From Welwitschia mirabilis (taxonomy: Eukaryota): a DNA stretch of 35,811 nucleotides. Where the stretch lies: contig JBOZIK010000001.1 of assembly GCA_051453625.1 (NCBI GenBank), positions 11,133,067-11,168,877 on the forward strand. Direction: 5' to 3'. Of this stretch, positions 1-12,998 are shown piece after piece (positions within the stretch are counted from its first letter, which is position 1; each line of letters starts with the position of its first letter). Under the pieces are notes generated by a model. That model did no database searches. It was not told the origin of the DNA and saw only the letters and a program-made list of their open reading frames with translations. The position numbers were made by a program, and so were the translations under genes.

Positions 1-61
<61 letters not shown>

Positions 62-84
62 CATATATATACATATACATATAC

Positions 85-114
<30 letters not shown>
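1..114. repeat. Compound microsatellite (CT)n-(AT/AC)n
   Basis: Directly visible: ~29 CT units followed by mixed TA/CA dinucleotides. Confidence 0.98.
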
Positions 115-115
<1 letters not shown>

Positions 116-117
116 AA

Positions 118-1122
118 AGTTAAAAGAAAACTTAAAAAATGTTTTAGTAGAGTGGATCAACAATTAAAGGATTAATGGAAAAATCCTTTGTCAATTTAAA
201 AAATGATACTAGATTAATTTACCCAAAGTCTACCTAGGCCATTATTTAAAATTTAAAAAAGGAAAATCTATAATTATTACATCAAAATCATATGATGGAG
301 GCTCTAATCAAAAAAAGAATGGTCTTTGGTTTTGAAGAATTAGAGTTCCCCAAAGTTTAGACTATTATCTACCAAATTATATGATTTTATAAATAGTTTT
401 CAAGAATAGCTTTAAAATATAAGACAAAAACCTTTAGGAGGCGGAACTAAGATCTGCTAATTTTTTGAAAGCTATTGCTAATAGTTACAGAGATTTAAAA
501 ATAATATAATAAAGAAAGAGTTAGTGTATCTGTGGATGAAACAAGAAATCAAATAAATACCATAGTCATTAGATTTAGTAAAATTATGGAAGAATGTAAA
601 GTAAATGTAAGCTTATTTGGAGTCTCTTGATAACATATATATTAGCTTAAGCTTCTTTGAGAAATAATTTTAATTAATATAAACATGATAAGAGGTACCT
701 TTGCTGATATTTTTGTAAAAGTTGAAACAAGTAATACTTTATTAGTTTTCCTTCTGGGCAAAGTTCTGAAAAAGGAATCAAGGAAAAAGCTACCTTGATA
801 CATGTCTCTAACCATCCTCTACATGGCCTCTAGTGACTAAGATAAAGAACCCTATTATGTTAAAAAAAAAAAAGAAACTCAAACTACAAGGTCTTCTTCT
901 AGAGGCAGATATAGAGGAAAAGGTGTAAAATCTCAGAAAGCTTCAAATCCTCAAGAAGAAAAATCAATAAATTTGGATGATTCTGCTTTCAAAGAGGAAT
1001 AAAGAAATAGAATGGAGTTGATAGAATAATAAATAAAATCAACCCCACCAGTAGAATAGTTGGAAGAACAAGAGTTCCTTGAGAAGCAAACCTTTATTTT
1101 CAAGAGAAGGATAAAGAAGTAA
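118..1122 (+). pseudogene. Decayed A-rich coding remnant of unknown family (two successive ORFs; possibly an endogenous pararetrovirus or TE accessory ORFs)
   Basis: 823-1122 reads as 100 codons with no frameshift: MASSD*DKEPYYVKKKKETQTTRSSSRGRYRGKGVKSQKASNPQEEKSINLDDSAFKEE*RNRMELIE**IKSTPPVE*LEEQEFLEKQTFIFKRRIKK*. All internal stops are TAA/TAG, i.e. one C>T change from Gln. Upstream, 118-800 has similar long readable stretches (EAELRSANFLKAIANSYRDLK; ERVSVSVDETRNQINTIVIRFSKIMEECKV). Family not recognised. Confidence 0.45.
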
Positions 1123-2640
1123 ATGTACTTTATGCTTTGCATTGTGTTATGGGACTAACAAAAATTTGAGTTTAGGAAAAATTAATGAAATAAACTTATG
1201 TAAAAATAATTAATAAATTTTTAGATGTTTCACATTTTTGATAAGTGTGTTTTCTTATTATTAGATTAATAATTTATTTAATATGATTAGTAATATGATA
1301 TAATATAAGGATATATGTGAATATATGCAATGTATTATACACCAAAATATCCTTGAGTAGGTAAAAGAGGTGTCACTTGATAGGAAGATGTAAAGGAAAT
1401 AACAAAATGGTTGAAACATAGGATTACCACTCCCATGTAGCTACTTTTTAAGAGTAAGAAGAGGGATAACCTTGGAAAGGGGTCAAAGTACAAGGATAAA
1501 AGAAAAAGATGAAAGCAAAAAAAAAAAAAAAAAGATATTTAGTAGGAAGGGAAAACTAGTAATAGTAGAGGGGAACCTTAGCTAAGGATCTAAGAGAAGA
1601 GCTCTAGTGCATTCTGAAAAGAGTGACTAGCATCTCCACAGCTCTAGTATCATCTAAAAAGGGAAGCAGTTTTAATTTATATTTTACATAATCATAGTAC
1701 TAAATTTAGTTATAGCTAAAAACCTACCTCATGCTATGATAAATTACTACATTACTTATAAAAGTAGTGTTTTATTTCTTAGCTCTTGTATCTGCTGCTG
1801 ATAAATACTAGAATATAACAATACTTAGAAATAGTTGTTATCCAACATTATTTATAAATGATTCCATGTTACTTAACCCTCAATTTGTACTATATGTATA
1901 AAATATTTTTTATTCATGCTTCTAATCAAGTTAATTTTCATCCTAAGATGTTGGAGTGACTATTCTTAAGAGCTAATCTTGGCAACACGACTTAAACTAA
2001 ATTGGTTGGAGGCTTAACCACCTTATTTAGTTTTTTAATAACGTTTTATTAACTTTACTAATGATTTAGCTTATTTACAGCACATAACCAGTGTTTCTAG
2101 TATCTTTATTATATAAATTGTTGCTATTTTTATACTTTTATTTGCATAATAAGTCAAAGTCAATTACTCACCAATCACATCCACTAAGTATAATACATGT
2201 TATTTATTTTTTATTCATCTTATTTATATTATAATTATTTTTATTTTTATTATTTTAAGCTATTAAGATAATATTTAATATCAAAACACATAATGTTATT
2301 ACACTATGGAAAATGAAATCACTTTTATAAATACTAAAGCATAAACTATTATTACTTTATGTGAAATAGGCTTTGTACATTTTGACAAATAATATCTAGT
2401 ATTAAACTAAATCTATTTAATGAAAATAAGGCATTACAGTAAAAAATAGCATAATGGCACAACAATAATCCACAAGTAACATTAGGGTATGTGTTATATT
2501 TACACATCAAGGGTTAGTAATTTTCTCATTTAGGTTAGCGTCCTATCTAATTAATTATTAATGTTACTTTTTAAAGGTGGTTAATTTTTTACATTTACTA
2601 TAATCGTAACTTATTAATTAAATATATAGTTCAAAGAACT

Positions 2641-3328
2641 TTAATCCCCTCATTCAAGCTTAAAATATTATGGTTATTAAATCATACAAATAATCTAATT
2701 GATACTAATAATAATAAAAACTAGAAAGAAAATGTCCTTGAGAAAATTGGAGTGTAAAACCAAAAATAATCAACCTTAAATTAATATTTGGCTTGAAGGC
2801 CTCAAGTACTAGATATTCAATTTTCTAGTATACTTTATCTTTCTAACTTAAGAAGGCCTAATGTTATTTATTCTTAGAAGATCTTTGAATTGTTTGAATT
2901 TAATTCTATCATATGGCTTCATCAGAGTCTGCAATCTAATTTTCTAATAAAAGGTGCTACATGTATATCATACCATTATGAACTAGTTTACATATTTTGT
3001 AAAATGTCATTACAAGGCACTTGAATTGAGTACTTAATTATTTATAATACAGATGATGGTTTAATTATTCACATATAAGTTCGTAACTTCTTTATGCAGA
3101 ATATTTAAAATATCTAATATTTTCCTTATCTAGATCATCTACTTAATTTTTTGAAATGTTACTGTATACTCTTATTTAGCTAGTAACTCTATTATTATCT
3201 TTTATCACTTTAATCTCTAACAGATTAATTAAAATCACAAAAATGTCAGGTATCTTGCTACATATTACCTTATGTTTAGACAACACTAAGGTCTAAGTTT
3301 AAGAAAGAACTAAGATTGAAGTTATCAC
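2641..3328 (-). mobile_element. Ty1/Copia remnant, RNase H/3' part (left half of the element split by the Gypsy insertion)
   Basis: Minus strand gives GDNFNLSSFLNLD (cf. L.GYSDADW), MI*IRKILD (cf. IWIRxIL) and a PPT-like AAGCTTGAATGAGGGGA near 2645-2661. The frame joins the right half across the TSD. Confidence 0.7.
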
Positions 3329-3333
3329 CCCAC

Positions 3334-5297
3334 TATTGCGAGTCCAATCGATGATATTTAACATTATGTTTAGAGTATGTTTCAAGCATATTTAATAGGT
3401 TTCCAAGATATACATGAAAAATTTGAAGCTCAATCAACATGATCACATAGACACCAAATTCAAAGATAATGAATCCTTTTTTGGACATATTTCACACTTT
3501 CTAACTTTTCCAGAGCATCATGAATCCAGTGCAGAATGATGGATGATGATCAAAAGGCAAGAGGATGAAGAAAAGGCTATCATCCATGCCATAATCTAGA
3601 TGAAATTTAAGCAGACGATCAACAAAATCAACAAACAGAGAAACCAAGTTTCTGTTGATAGTCATTTACCATGTTATCTGAATGACTTTCTAGAGGAAGA
3701 TATCCATTGGAGCACCCAAATCACATTCTGAAGATTTACGAGGAAGATAATAGAGTATACCATCAAATTTAAATTCTTGAAAATATACAAGGATGTGTTA
3801 ATTAACTCAAAATGCATGTTCAAATTCAAAATAATGTCAATCTTAATCAATGTACTTGCAAAATATAAAAGAAGACTAATTCTAGTAAGAAAAAGATTCA
3901 TATGCCAAGAGTGAAACCAATTATAACATAAGTAATCAAAATAAAACTAAAGATCATTTATCATTCACTTAGTCATCTGAAGGATACTTAAGATGGCTAA
4001 CAAGATCAAAAGAGATAGAATTTATAATTTTACTACTGATAGTTGTCCACTTAGACATTTGGATGGCACTCAGGATGACACCTCATCTATGAAACTCAAT
4101 CATCATCAAGAAGGTACGACAAGGACAAGAAGCCATTAGAAAAAGAGGGACAAAAACCTCATTCACCATATCATTCAGATGATACCGAACCAGATGACAG
4201 CTATAAAGAATACAAAATGAACTCCATTAGTTATGAAATCATTGTTATGATCATCTCTGGTCTGTTATAACTCTTTAACGATCCTAATGGTCATCCCAAA
4301 TTCATAAATACCCTACTAAGATCCCTCATTTTTCATTATTATTGTATCAATTAACTTTATGACAATTTAAGGATTATTTGAGTAAGGGATCCTTCCTAGT
4401 TGCAGATAAGGATGTTTCTTGGTATTGGGTTGTGTCTCCTTCATTAAGGAGTTCTTACTTTATAAAAGGGTATGAACATTTTAATTGATAAAGTTACTGA
4501 TTTAAGTGTTATTGTCAAATTACTTTTTGATATTTCTTATAGTTTATGTTAATTACATTTAAGTGATAGATATTTGTAATTGACATAGATTATGAGGGTC
4601 AACTTAGGCGATAACAAGTTTATGCACTTGGTTAAGATTTTTGCATAAAGATAAGTCATTATTACTTCCTCTATGTCTAACTGTCAAAAAGGTAATAAAA
4701 ATTGATGAGGACTAGGAGGAACAGAACTAGTTATGTAATAAAATGATTTCATTAACACAAACAACATTTTTTAACAAAATTAAAATTCATAAGCAAATTC
4801 ACTTCAAGGCTTTCCCTATGTATCTTATTTAGAATTAAAATTAACTTTGTATTAACCAATATTTAGTATAAGAGACTTAATGTTGTGTTATACTTGAATA
4901 ACAGAGCTGATGAGACATTAAGCCTATAGTATTCCATGGAACAAACTTGTAGTAACCATAATGCAAATACAATTTTTAAATGCAAAGTAATAAGAAATAA
5001 GAATCATTCAAATCTTGTTGAAGTAAAATTAGGTTGCATCCATTATTACATCTTGCATTCATTGCTTCATTGCATTTTAGTTCTGAAGTTAGATTAGGAA
5101 ATCAATTCTGTTTTGTTCTTTTTTATTCAAGCAACCTTCTAACTTCCTCATTAGAATTCCTCTCTAAAGTATGACATTTAGGTTACCTCCCATATATCAA
5201 TGTGTTTTGTGTGAGTTTATTAAGATTTGTAGGTATCAAAGATAAAAAATTCATTAGAATAAAATACAAGATTGATCACATGATTTACACATCAACA
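3334..5297 (+). repeat. 5' LTR (~1.96 kb)
   Basis: Aligns by eye with 12999-15171 (tattgcgagtccaatcgatgatatttaaca vs tattgtaagtctaattggtcatatttaaca; shared ttagaattcctctctaaagtatgacatttaggtta). Ends ...atcaaca immediately before the PBS. Confidence 0.9.
4461..4467 (+). promoter_or_regulatory. Candidate LTR TATA box (TATAAAA)
   Basis: ctttTATAAAAggg in the middle of the 5' LTR. Inferred from position and motif only. Confidence 0.35.
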
Positions 5298-5320
5298 AAT
5301 TGGGGTTATTGCTAAGCAGG
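5298..5320 (+). promoter_or_regulatory. Degenerate primer binding site (tRNA-Asp type, as in Athila)
   Basis: aattggggttattgctaagcagg directly after the LTR end resembles Athila TGGCGCCGTTGCCGGGG after deamination. Confidence 0.6.
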
Positions 5321-6894
5321 AATTCAAGGAAGTCTAAAAGGTTGATTTTCACTATTTAAGTAAGCAATTTAATTTTAAGATGTTTACTTGTGTAGTATTT
5401 ATATATAATTTTTATTCTTCTTAGGTTAGTTTGCACTTTTACTTTCTTAGTTAGATTACTTTTCCAAGTTTTAGTAGTTTTACTTTTGGATATTACCATC
5501 ATTTTTCATAAACTTGATCTACACTTCGTGCTACATCCTTTGTTAGTATAGCCTTGTTCTTACACTTCATGTGATCTAGAAGGGAGTTTTCCACTTGGAT
5601 GTAAAAAAATGTAAAGTAATGATTACCTAGAAAAAGCCTCAGGGGAAAAAGTAATCTGTTAGCCAAAAAATTAAAGAAGTATTAACGAACCTTAATTCAA
5701 TAACTCAAGATAAAAAAGTTTCATTTCAATCTAGAATAGAGGAAGATGATTTTTTTGCTTTTCAAATTTCTGAAACTAATTTAAATATTTCTAAAATTAA
5801 TTTCTTTAAACCATTTTCCTCTTCAAATCCCATCTTTCAAGCATTTGTTTTCTTTAAACCTACAAAAATATCTACCTCTGCTTCTATTCCTACTTCTACT
5901 TTAACTCTCAAGGAACTTATAGCTCAAAGAAAAATAGAGATCCAAAACCCCTTTGATCTACCAAATGAAGATGATGTAGAACTCAAAAACTTACAAAACT
6001 ACCCTTCCTTCTTAGGAGAAGATAAAGAAGACCCCTTTCAACACTTAGCAAAAATAGAATAATTCATTCTTACTTCAGAAAATGGGAAAAAGAAGATAAA
6101 TGATAAAACTTACATGATTATTTTTCCTTTAATCCTTAGAGGTAAAGCTAAAAATTATTGAAAACTATTTCACCTAAAAGCCTTAAGACTTAGAGTCAAG
6201 TTCAAGATGCATTCATAAAAAGATGCATGAGTGAAGCAACCATGAGGAAAAGAAAAAAAGAGATCACCAACTTTGCACAACAACCTCATAAGGATTATGC
6301 TATAACTTATGAAAGATTTTTAATTGATACCTCATTTAATCTTGTAGATGAATTTTCAAGAGTAGAACTTGTTAACTACTTCTATAGTAAACTAAAGAGT
6401 AAAACTAAATAACTAGTAGATTTTGCATTAAATTTAGTGAACTTAACTTTGGAGGATGCTTGGAAAATTTTGGAAGGATTAGTGGAAATTAGTCAAACAC
6501 AGCCTAAAGCAATCATTAAAAAAAATAGAACTATAAGGCACATGTTAAAAGACATTAAGAAAGTACAAAATGAAGAGTAAACTAGCCCTAGAAACCTAGT
6601 TCAAGATTTACTAACATATTAAAAAATTACACCAAGGACTTAGATGATGCTAAAATAGTAAATCAACAACCTCAACTGTCAATACCTTATTCTTCTTCTT
6701 ATGAAATATATGAAGACAACTCCCATTACACCAAATATTGCTCTGCTTTTCCAATATGTAGATAAATAATTTATCAAAAATCATGTGCATTCAATCGAAG
6801 ATCTAATACTTCAAAAAACAATCAGTAATTTCAACCATAAAATATGAGATACAACCAGCCTTTAGACCCTATTTTCATAACAGATATAAAAGCA

Positions 6895-6970
6895 ACAATT
6901 TTCATCCTAATAACTTTCAGCTAAATAGCTTTCATTCTAATAATTTTTAGCCTCATAACTTTCAACCCAA
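6895..6970 (+). repeat. 15-bp minisatellite encoding (Q/H)PNNF-like pentapeptides, copy 1
   Basis: NNFHPNNFQLNSFHSNNF*PHNFQPN. Confidence 0.8.
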
Positions 6971-7257
6971 CTCCCTTAGATATTTAATGAAAGAAATGAA
7001 AAATATGTAATAAAATACCAATAAAAATTTAGAAAATATGATTGGGATCTTTTAATAAACCATCTTAGGAAACCAAAGACTCAAGGATTCCTTGCAATCC
7101 AAACCCTTCCCAACCCCAATGATGTTAAACACAATTGGAAGATAGTGACAAGAAGTTGACATGGTATGACTTCCAATGAAGCAACCTCCACTTCTCATAA
7201 CTAGGAAGATCTAGACCATGATGATAACATAGAAATTATTTATCAACATATCTTTCT

Positions 7258-7357
7258 NNNNNNNNNNNNNNNNNNNNNNNNNNNNNNNNNNNNNNNNNNN
7301 NNNNNNNNNNNNNNNNNNNNNNNNNNNNNNNNNNNNNNNNNNNNNNNNNNNNNNNNN
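7258..7357. other. Assembly gap (100 N)
   Basis: N run; falls between the two gag duplicate blocks. Confidence 1.
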
Positions 7358-7448
7358 AACCCCATACCTTTATCATTAATTAACAATTTCAATAGCAAAA
7401 TATGGAATCAGTTTTTAGATCCTTTTTTGATAATAGATATAGGAGAAA

Positions 7449-7585
7449 TAACTTTAAATCTAATAATTTTTAGTTCAAAATTTTCAACCCAACAAGTTTC
7501 AACCTAATAATTTATAGTCTAATAATTTTCAATCCAAAAAATTTTACTCCAATAATTTTTATCCCAATAACTTTCAATCTTACAA
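7449..7585 (+). repeat. 15-bp minisatellite encoding QPNNF-like pentapeptides, copy 2 (longer)
   Basis: Units such as caacctaataattta, tactccaataatttt, tatcccaataacttt. Confidence 0.8.
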
Positions 7586-8129
7586 CTCTTCTAAGGATTA
7601 TTTCCTTAGAGTCCTTCAAAAAAAAAAAGGAGAAAACCTTATAGGTATATTTTAACAAAACATGCTAGGAAATCAAAGACCTAATTCTTCCTTATAACTC
7701 AAACCATTCTAATTCAAAATGATATTAAAAATAATTAAAAGATAGTATTAAAAAGTAGACAACTCCCAATGAAAAAGCCCCACTTCTTACAATCAAAAAG
7801 ATCTAAACCATCATGATGACATAGAAGTTCTTGATCAACCTAGCCTTTCTTTATCTCATAAAGAAAAATCCAATCATAGCATAACCAATGAGAACATGAG
7901 AAATAAACCAACTCCTTCTTGGTTAGAAAGACTAAAGAGTAATCCCACCTATTATGATTACCTTAAGGCAAGTATGCAAGATGTGAGTATCAACCTATCT
8001 TTCTAGAAAATACTGTAAGATAATCATAGATACAACAAAGTCTAAAAGGATTTAGTCAAGAGAAAATAGAAAAAAACCATACCAAGTAGGGTGTTCATTG
8101 CTAATCCCTTTCTAATTTACTAGCATAAA

Positions 8130-8540
8130 AATATCCAAAATTCAAAGATGAAGGGGGTGCATAGTTAGTGTTATCTTAGCAAGAAGTAAAAAAGTTAAGA
8201 AAGCATTAATAGACATAGGAGCTAATATCAACATTATATCATTTCACATCTACAAAACATTTGGACTAGAAAATAAGATTAAATCAATAAAAATTGTGTT
8301 GGAACCAGTTGATGCAACACTTAGAAAACCAATTTAAGTCATCAAAGATCTAGTCATATAAATTGAAGAGGCCTTTTACAATAAATATGTGGTTATTATT
8401 AATGTAGAACATAAGAAAGAATTCCATTACTCTTAGAAAGAGATTTTTATGCAACAGCCTATTGCATTATTGACACACAAACAAGAATGATGGAATGTCA
8501 AGTAGGAAATAAGAAATTCATTATTAGAGTCTTTGATGTG
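8130..8540 (+). pseudogene. Aspartic protease domain (Gypsy pol)
   Basis: KALIDIGANINIISFHIYKTFGL (cf. ALCDLGASINLMP.SIY..LGL). Confidence 0.85.
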
Positions 8541-8839
8541 GATGAAAGAGATATGGGAGAAAATTTTAATCTTAAACAACAAATAAACCCATAATGCTTA
8601 TCCAACATCATCCTTTATAAGAAAGCATTCTCACTTTACATAACCCCACTTTATTCAATGATCTTGAAGAATGTGAAGAAATCTTAAGAAGCCTTAATTC
8701 CTCGAATTCATGTAATTAATAATTACCTCTTAAGTAATAACTTGAATGAGAAAATAAATGAAAACTTTAAAAACAATATAAAACCTTCTATGTCAAGATA
8801 GGATTTTAACAATAATAATGGATAATTTTGATTTAGAAC

Positions 8840-10260
8840 CTAAAAGAACTACCAAATGGACTGAAATACATCTTTTTCAATAATGACCTTCAGAAACACT
8901 TTATCATTAATGCATGTCTTCATCCTTTCTCAAGAAGAATCATTACTTCAACTTCTCAAATCCAAAACACATTATTTTACTTAGACTCATAAGGATATTT
9001 TAGTCATTCCTTCTTCCATTGTTCAACATAAAGTTTATCTGGAAGATAATGTTAAGCCCACTAGCTAACCATAAAGGAGATTTAACCCTACTCTTAAGCA
9101 AGTAGTAAAGGAATAAAACATCATATTTATAGACATAGAAATCATTTATGCCATTTATGATAGTGAATGGATTAGATCTATTACAATAGCACCAAAAAAA
9201 GATAGAAAGTGATGAGTTTTCATTAATTTTATAAAGGTTAATGATGTCATCCAAAAAAACTATTATCCCTTACCATTTCTAGATCAAATTATTGATAGGA
9301 TTTAAGGCCATTCATATTATTGAATTCTTGATGAATATAGTGGTTACAATCAAGTACGCATAGCCAATAAAAATCAAGTCAAGACAACTTTCACCTCTCT
9401 TTTTGACACATTTTCCTTTAGAAGAATGTCCTTTAGTTTATGTCATGCATCCAAAACCTTTTATAGTGCTATGATTGGTATATTTTTAGATATGATTAAG
9501 GAATCAATAAAAATCTTCATAAATGAGTTTTTAATTTTTGGAGATTCTTTTCAGTAAACTTTAGAAAGATTAGAAAAAGTCCTTAACTGATGCATAAAAA
9601 ATGGCCTTCATTTGAGTTAGGAAGGGGATGGGATATTCTTAGGTCATCATATTTTTAGCAATGGTATTCAAATGGATCTTACTAAAATAGACATCATTAG
9701 AAACCTTCCTCCTCCAACCAATGTAAAACAAGTCAGCCTTTTCTTGATCATGCTGGTTTTTATTAAAGATTCATTAAAGATCATGTTAACTTGTAAACCT
9801 ATTCATTCTCTCTTAGAAAAAGATATCGAATTTTCTTGGAATAAGTCTTGTCAACATGCCTTTGAAAATATTAAAGACAAAATCACTTAAACACCAATTA
9901 TACGAGGACATGATTGGAATAAAGATTTTGAACTTGTATGAGATGTAAGCAATATCGCTGCAGGAGATGCGTTAGGATAAAAACATCAAAAAGATTACAA
10001 TGTTATTTGTTATATCAATCAAATCCTTTCAAGAGCTCAAATTAATTATACCACTACTGAAAAATAAATGATTGCCATCATCTTTTATCTTAATAAACTT
10101 TGATACTATCTTCTTGGTTTTTAACTAATGTCTATATTAATCACACTACCATTTGATATCTCATGACCAAGAAGGATTCTTATGGAAGACTTATTAGATG
10201 GATATTATTAATGTAAGAATTTAACCTAACCATCATTGATAAAGAAGGGAAACATAATTG
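8840..10260 (+). pseudogene. Reverse transcriptase + RNase H (Gypsy pol), degenerate
   Basis: YYPLPFLDQIIDRI*GHSYY*ILDEYSGYNQV...KTTFTSLFDTFSFRRMSFSLCHA; catalytic FMDDF decayed to FINEF; RNase H motifs FELV*DVSNIAAG and AQINYTTTEK. Confidence 0.92.
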
Positions 10261-10539
10261 TACTACTAATCATTTATCTAGAATCCCTCATGAAAAACAT
10301 CCCTTACATTTTTCTCTGTACCTTTCTATCTAAGATAATTTTCCAAATGAACAAATCTTCGCCATTATACATTTTTATTCCATCTGATCTAAACATCCTA
10401 CCCCTTGATATGTTGATATTGTTAACTATTTTGTTACTCTGAAAACCCCTAAACATTGGACTTACAATCAGAGAAAAACTTTTCTTCATAGAATAGGAGA
10501 TAAGTGGCATGAACCTTATCTTTACTAAAGATGTAAAAG

Positions 10540-11545
10540 TCAAATCATGCACAAATGTGTGCTAGACTAGAAGTAATATGATATCCTTACTCTTTGTCAT
10601 CATAAAGTATGTGGAGGTTATTTTAATGGCCAAAAGACTTCTATGAAAATCTTTCATGCAAACTTCTATTAGCCTATCCTCTTCAAAGATTTATTTAACT
10701 TTAAAGAAAATATTATGCTTGTAAATGTTTTGGTAGTATTTCCAGATCTTAAGACATGCCTCTCCAACCTATCTTAGAGTGTTATCCTTTTGATTATTGG
10801 GGCATAGATTTCATAGACCCTCTTACACCATCTTCTTATAATAAAAATGACATCCTAGTGGCCATGGCTTATCTGACCAAATGGGTAAAAGTCATTCCTA
10901 TAATCATAAATGATATCAAAACAATGTGTTCTTTTCTTAGATCTAATATTTTCCATGGATATAACTTTCTTAGAATCTTGATTAGTGACAAAGGCACTCA
11001 CTTTATAAATAAGATTCTTAGAAAACTTATCCTCTCTATTAGAATTAAGCATAGAATAGTAAATGCTTATCATCTTCAAACTAATGGTACTTTGATCTTA
11101 TTGTACTACTTATCATCACTTGGTTTTTTTCCTTATGAACTTGTGTATGGTAAAGCCTTTGTTCTTCCCATTGATGTGTGCTATAATTCTTATAAAACCA
11201 TCCATCAACTTAATGTTATAGATTTTTATGATAATATACAGCATACACTAGTCCAACTTCAACATCTTGATGAGAAACACAATCATGCTATTCATAAACA
11301 ACTCATCAAAAACCTTAAGAAAAATTTTACCATGACAAAAAGCTTATCTCTACATCTTTTCAACTAATTAGTTGGTTCTATTATTTAATACTTAACTACA
11401 TATTATTCATGATAAATTGGCTTTTAAATGTCTAGGTCGTTAATGAATAGAGGAAGTACATATTAATGACATTATTGAGATTTTTAATTTAAACACTCAT
11501 GAAATGTTCAAAGGAAATGGACAATGGTTGAAGTTATATAAATCA
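10540..11545 (+). pseudogene. Integrase (Gypsy pol), degenerate, with internal deletion
   Basis: CHHKVCGGYFNGQKT zinc-finger region; MPLQPILECYPFDYWGIDF; ILISDKGTHF; YHLQTNG; PYELVYGKA; FKGNGQWLKLY (cf. FKVNGQRLKHY). Confidence 0.92.
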
Positions 11546-12986
11546 CCTGATGATTGTCATTATACCATGGATATGATTGAAGAAATTGAATTAAATGATC
11601 CCCTTACTCAAGAGAAACATCTTTGCTTTACCATTATCTAAATAGTTTCTTAGCTAGATTCTTTGATTGATTTATTTACTATTTGATCATTTATTAATTT
11701 GGATATGCATTAGATTTCCTATAAGTTTTCATAAAAGTAATTTTTTACTTTAGGAGTGTAGAATGATAAAGATTGGATTTTAGTTAATCTAGGACATTCC
11801 AATGTCTATGAACTTCAATGTCTATGATAGCTTCTGCTTAAGTACTAATTACGTCAAATCAGATACTAATTTACAACTTTATACATAGTTAATTTATTAC
11901 TTCACTGATCAATCAAGATTTTCAAAAAAGGAAATCATAGCCTATTCTTTTAAGGAAAAAGAATCTTTGAATTAAAATGACATACAGAAAAAATGAATTT
12001 TCTAAATAAATTCCATGATGTCCTACTATAAGCATACTAGGATAATTTTTTTTGAAAGGGACCTTTCATAGTATGATATGGTAACTGTAGAAACTTCGTT
12101 AAAGAGTTAGTTGACCATGATTTAATCTCAGCTTATGAGTCCTTACTCTTTTGGTAGTGGTTTCACTTCCTTCATCATAATGGATGATGTTTCTTAACAC
12201 TTGATTGACTTAATTTCTATAACTCTGAAGCCATATCTCAAGGGCATGATAGAACATATTGATCATTGAATGATATATCAGCCAAAGTTTATTATTTCTT
12301 TAGCAAATGATTAGATTAATTTTTAGTCCTAATATTATATTAATACCTTGCAAAAGAATCATTTGACATTGCTAAAATCATACTCCCTATCACATGAAGC
12401 TTATTATGGTTTAGAACTAAATGATGCATCTTTACTATCAAGTAGTTTTACGATGAAAACCATTAAGTATGATTAGGTGAATATTCAGGGTAAACAATTA
12501 ATCTTCTTCATATGCCTTTTTGTCCATTTATATTTTGCATCTTCTTAACTATTTTTTGGAAGTGTTAAATCCATTACTACATTTTACTCTCATCTTAATA
12601 AGATGTCTATATTTTTAGCTTGTCATCAGCCTTCTCTTACCCATATGCTTTCTTTCATCTTTGACCCTCAGTTTCATTTCCATATTATTTTTTTCTTTTC
12701 ATTTTCTAGTTGTGTTTTCCGATTTTGTTTTTCCTTTCTTATTTTACATCTATTGCTCCTTTTATCTTGTTCTTTTTTATCATCATAAGTAAACTTACTT
12801 AAAATTTAGGACAAATTTATCTTTTTCATAGATGTAAAATAATAGTTGTAGGAATATCTTTTTAATATGCAATCTTTGTTTACCAACATAAGATATTTTA
12901 TGCTTGAGTGTTATGTTTTATCCTTTTTCTAAATTGGCTCGCTTCTGTCCTTTTTTGCTTTCTTTGTTAGGGACTGACAAATGCCT

Positions 12987-12998
12987 AGTGGAGGGCTA
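12987..12998 (+). promoter_or_regulatory. Polypurine tract
   Basis: agtggagggcta abutting the 3' LTR, preceded by ttgttagggactgacaa, similar to the Athila pre-PPT motif. Confidence 0.65.

Larger units (their letters stand above)
5930..7850 (+). pseudogene. Athila-like gag (degenerate, with internal duplication)
   Basis: LQNYPSFLGEDKEDPFQHLAKIE*F and IFPLILRGKAKNY match the F.G...EDP..HL and FPFSL.G.AK.W gag motifs. The start boundary is approximate. Confidence 0.8.

Noticed and set aside
11640-12986. env-like ORF in the Athila 3' region (including hydrophobic ORF 12603-12788)
   Set aside because: No sustained reading frame or recognisable motif; the hydrophobicity reflects T-rich DNA.
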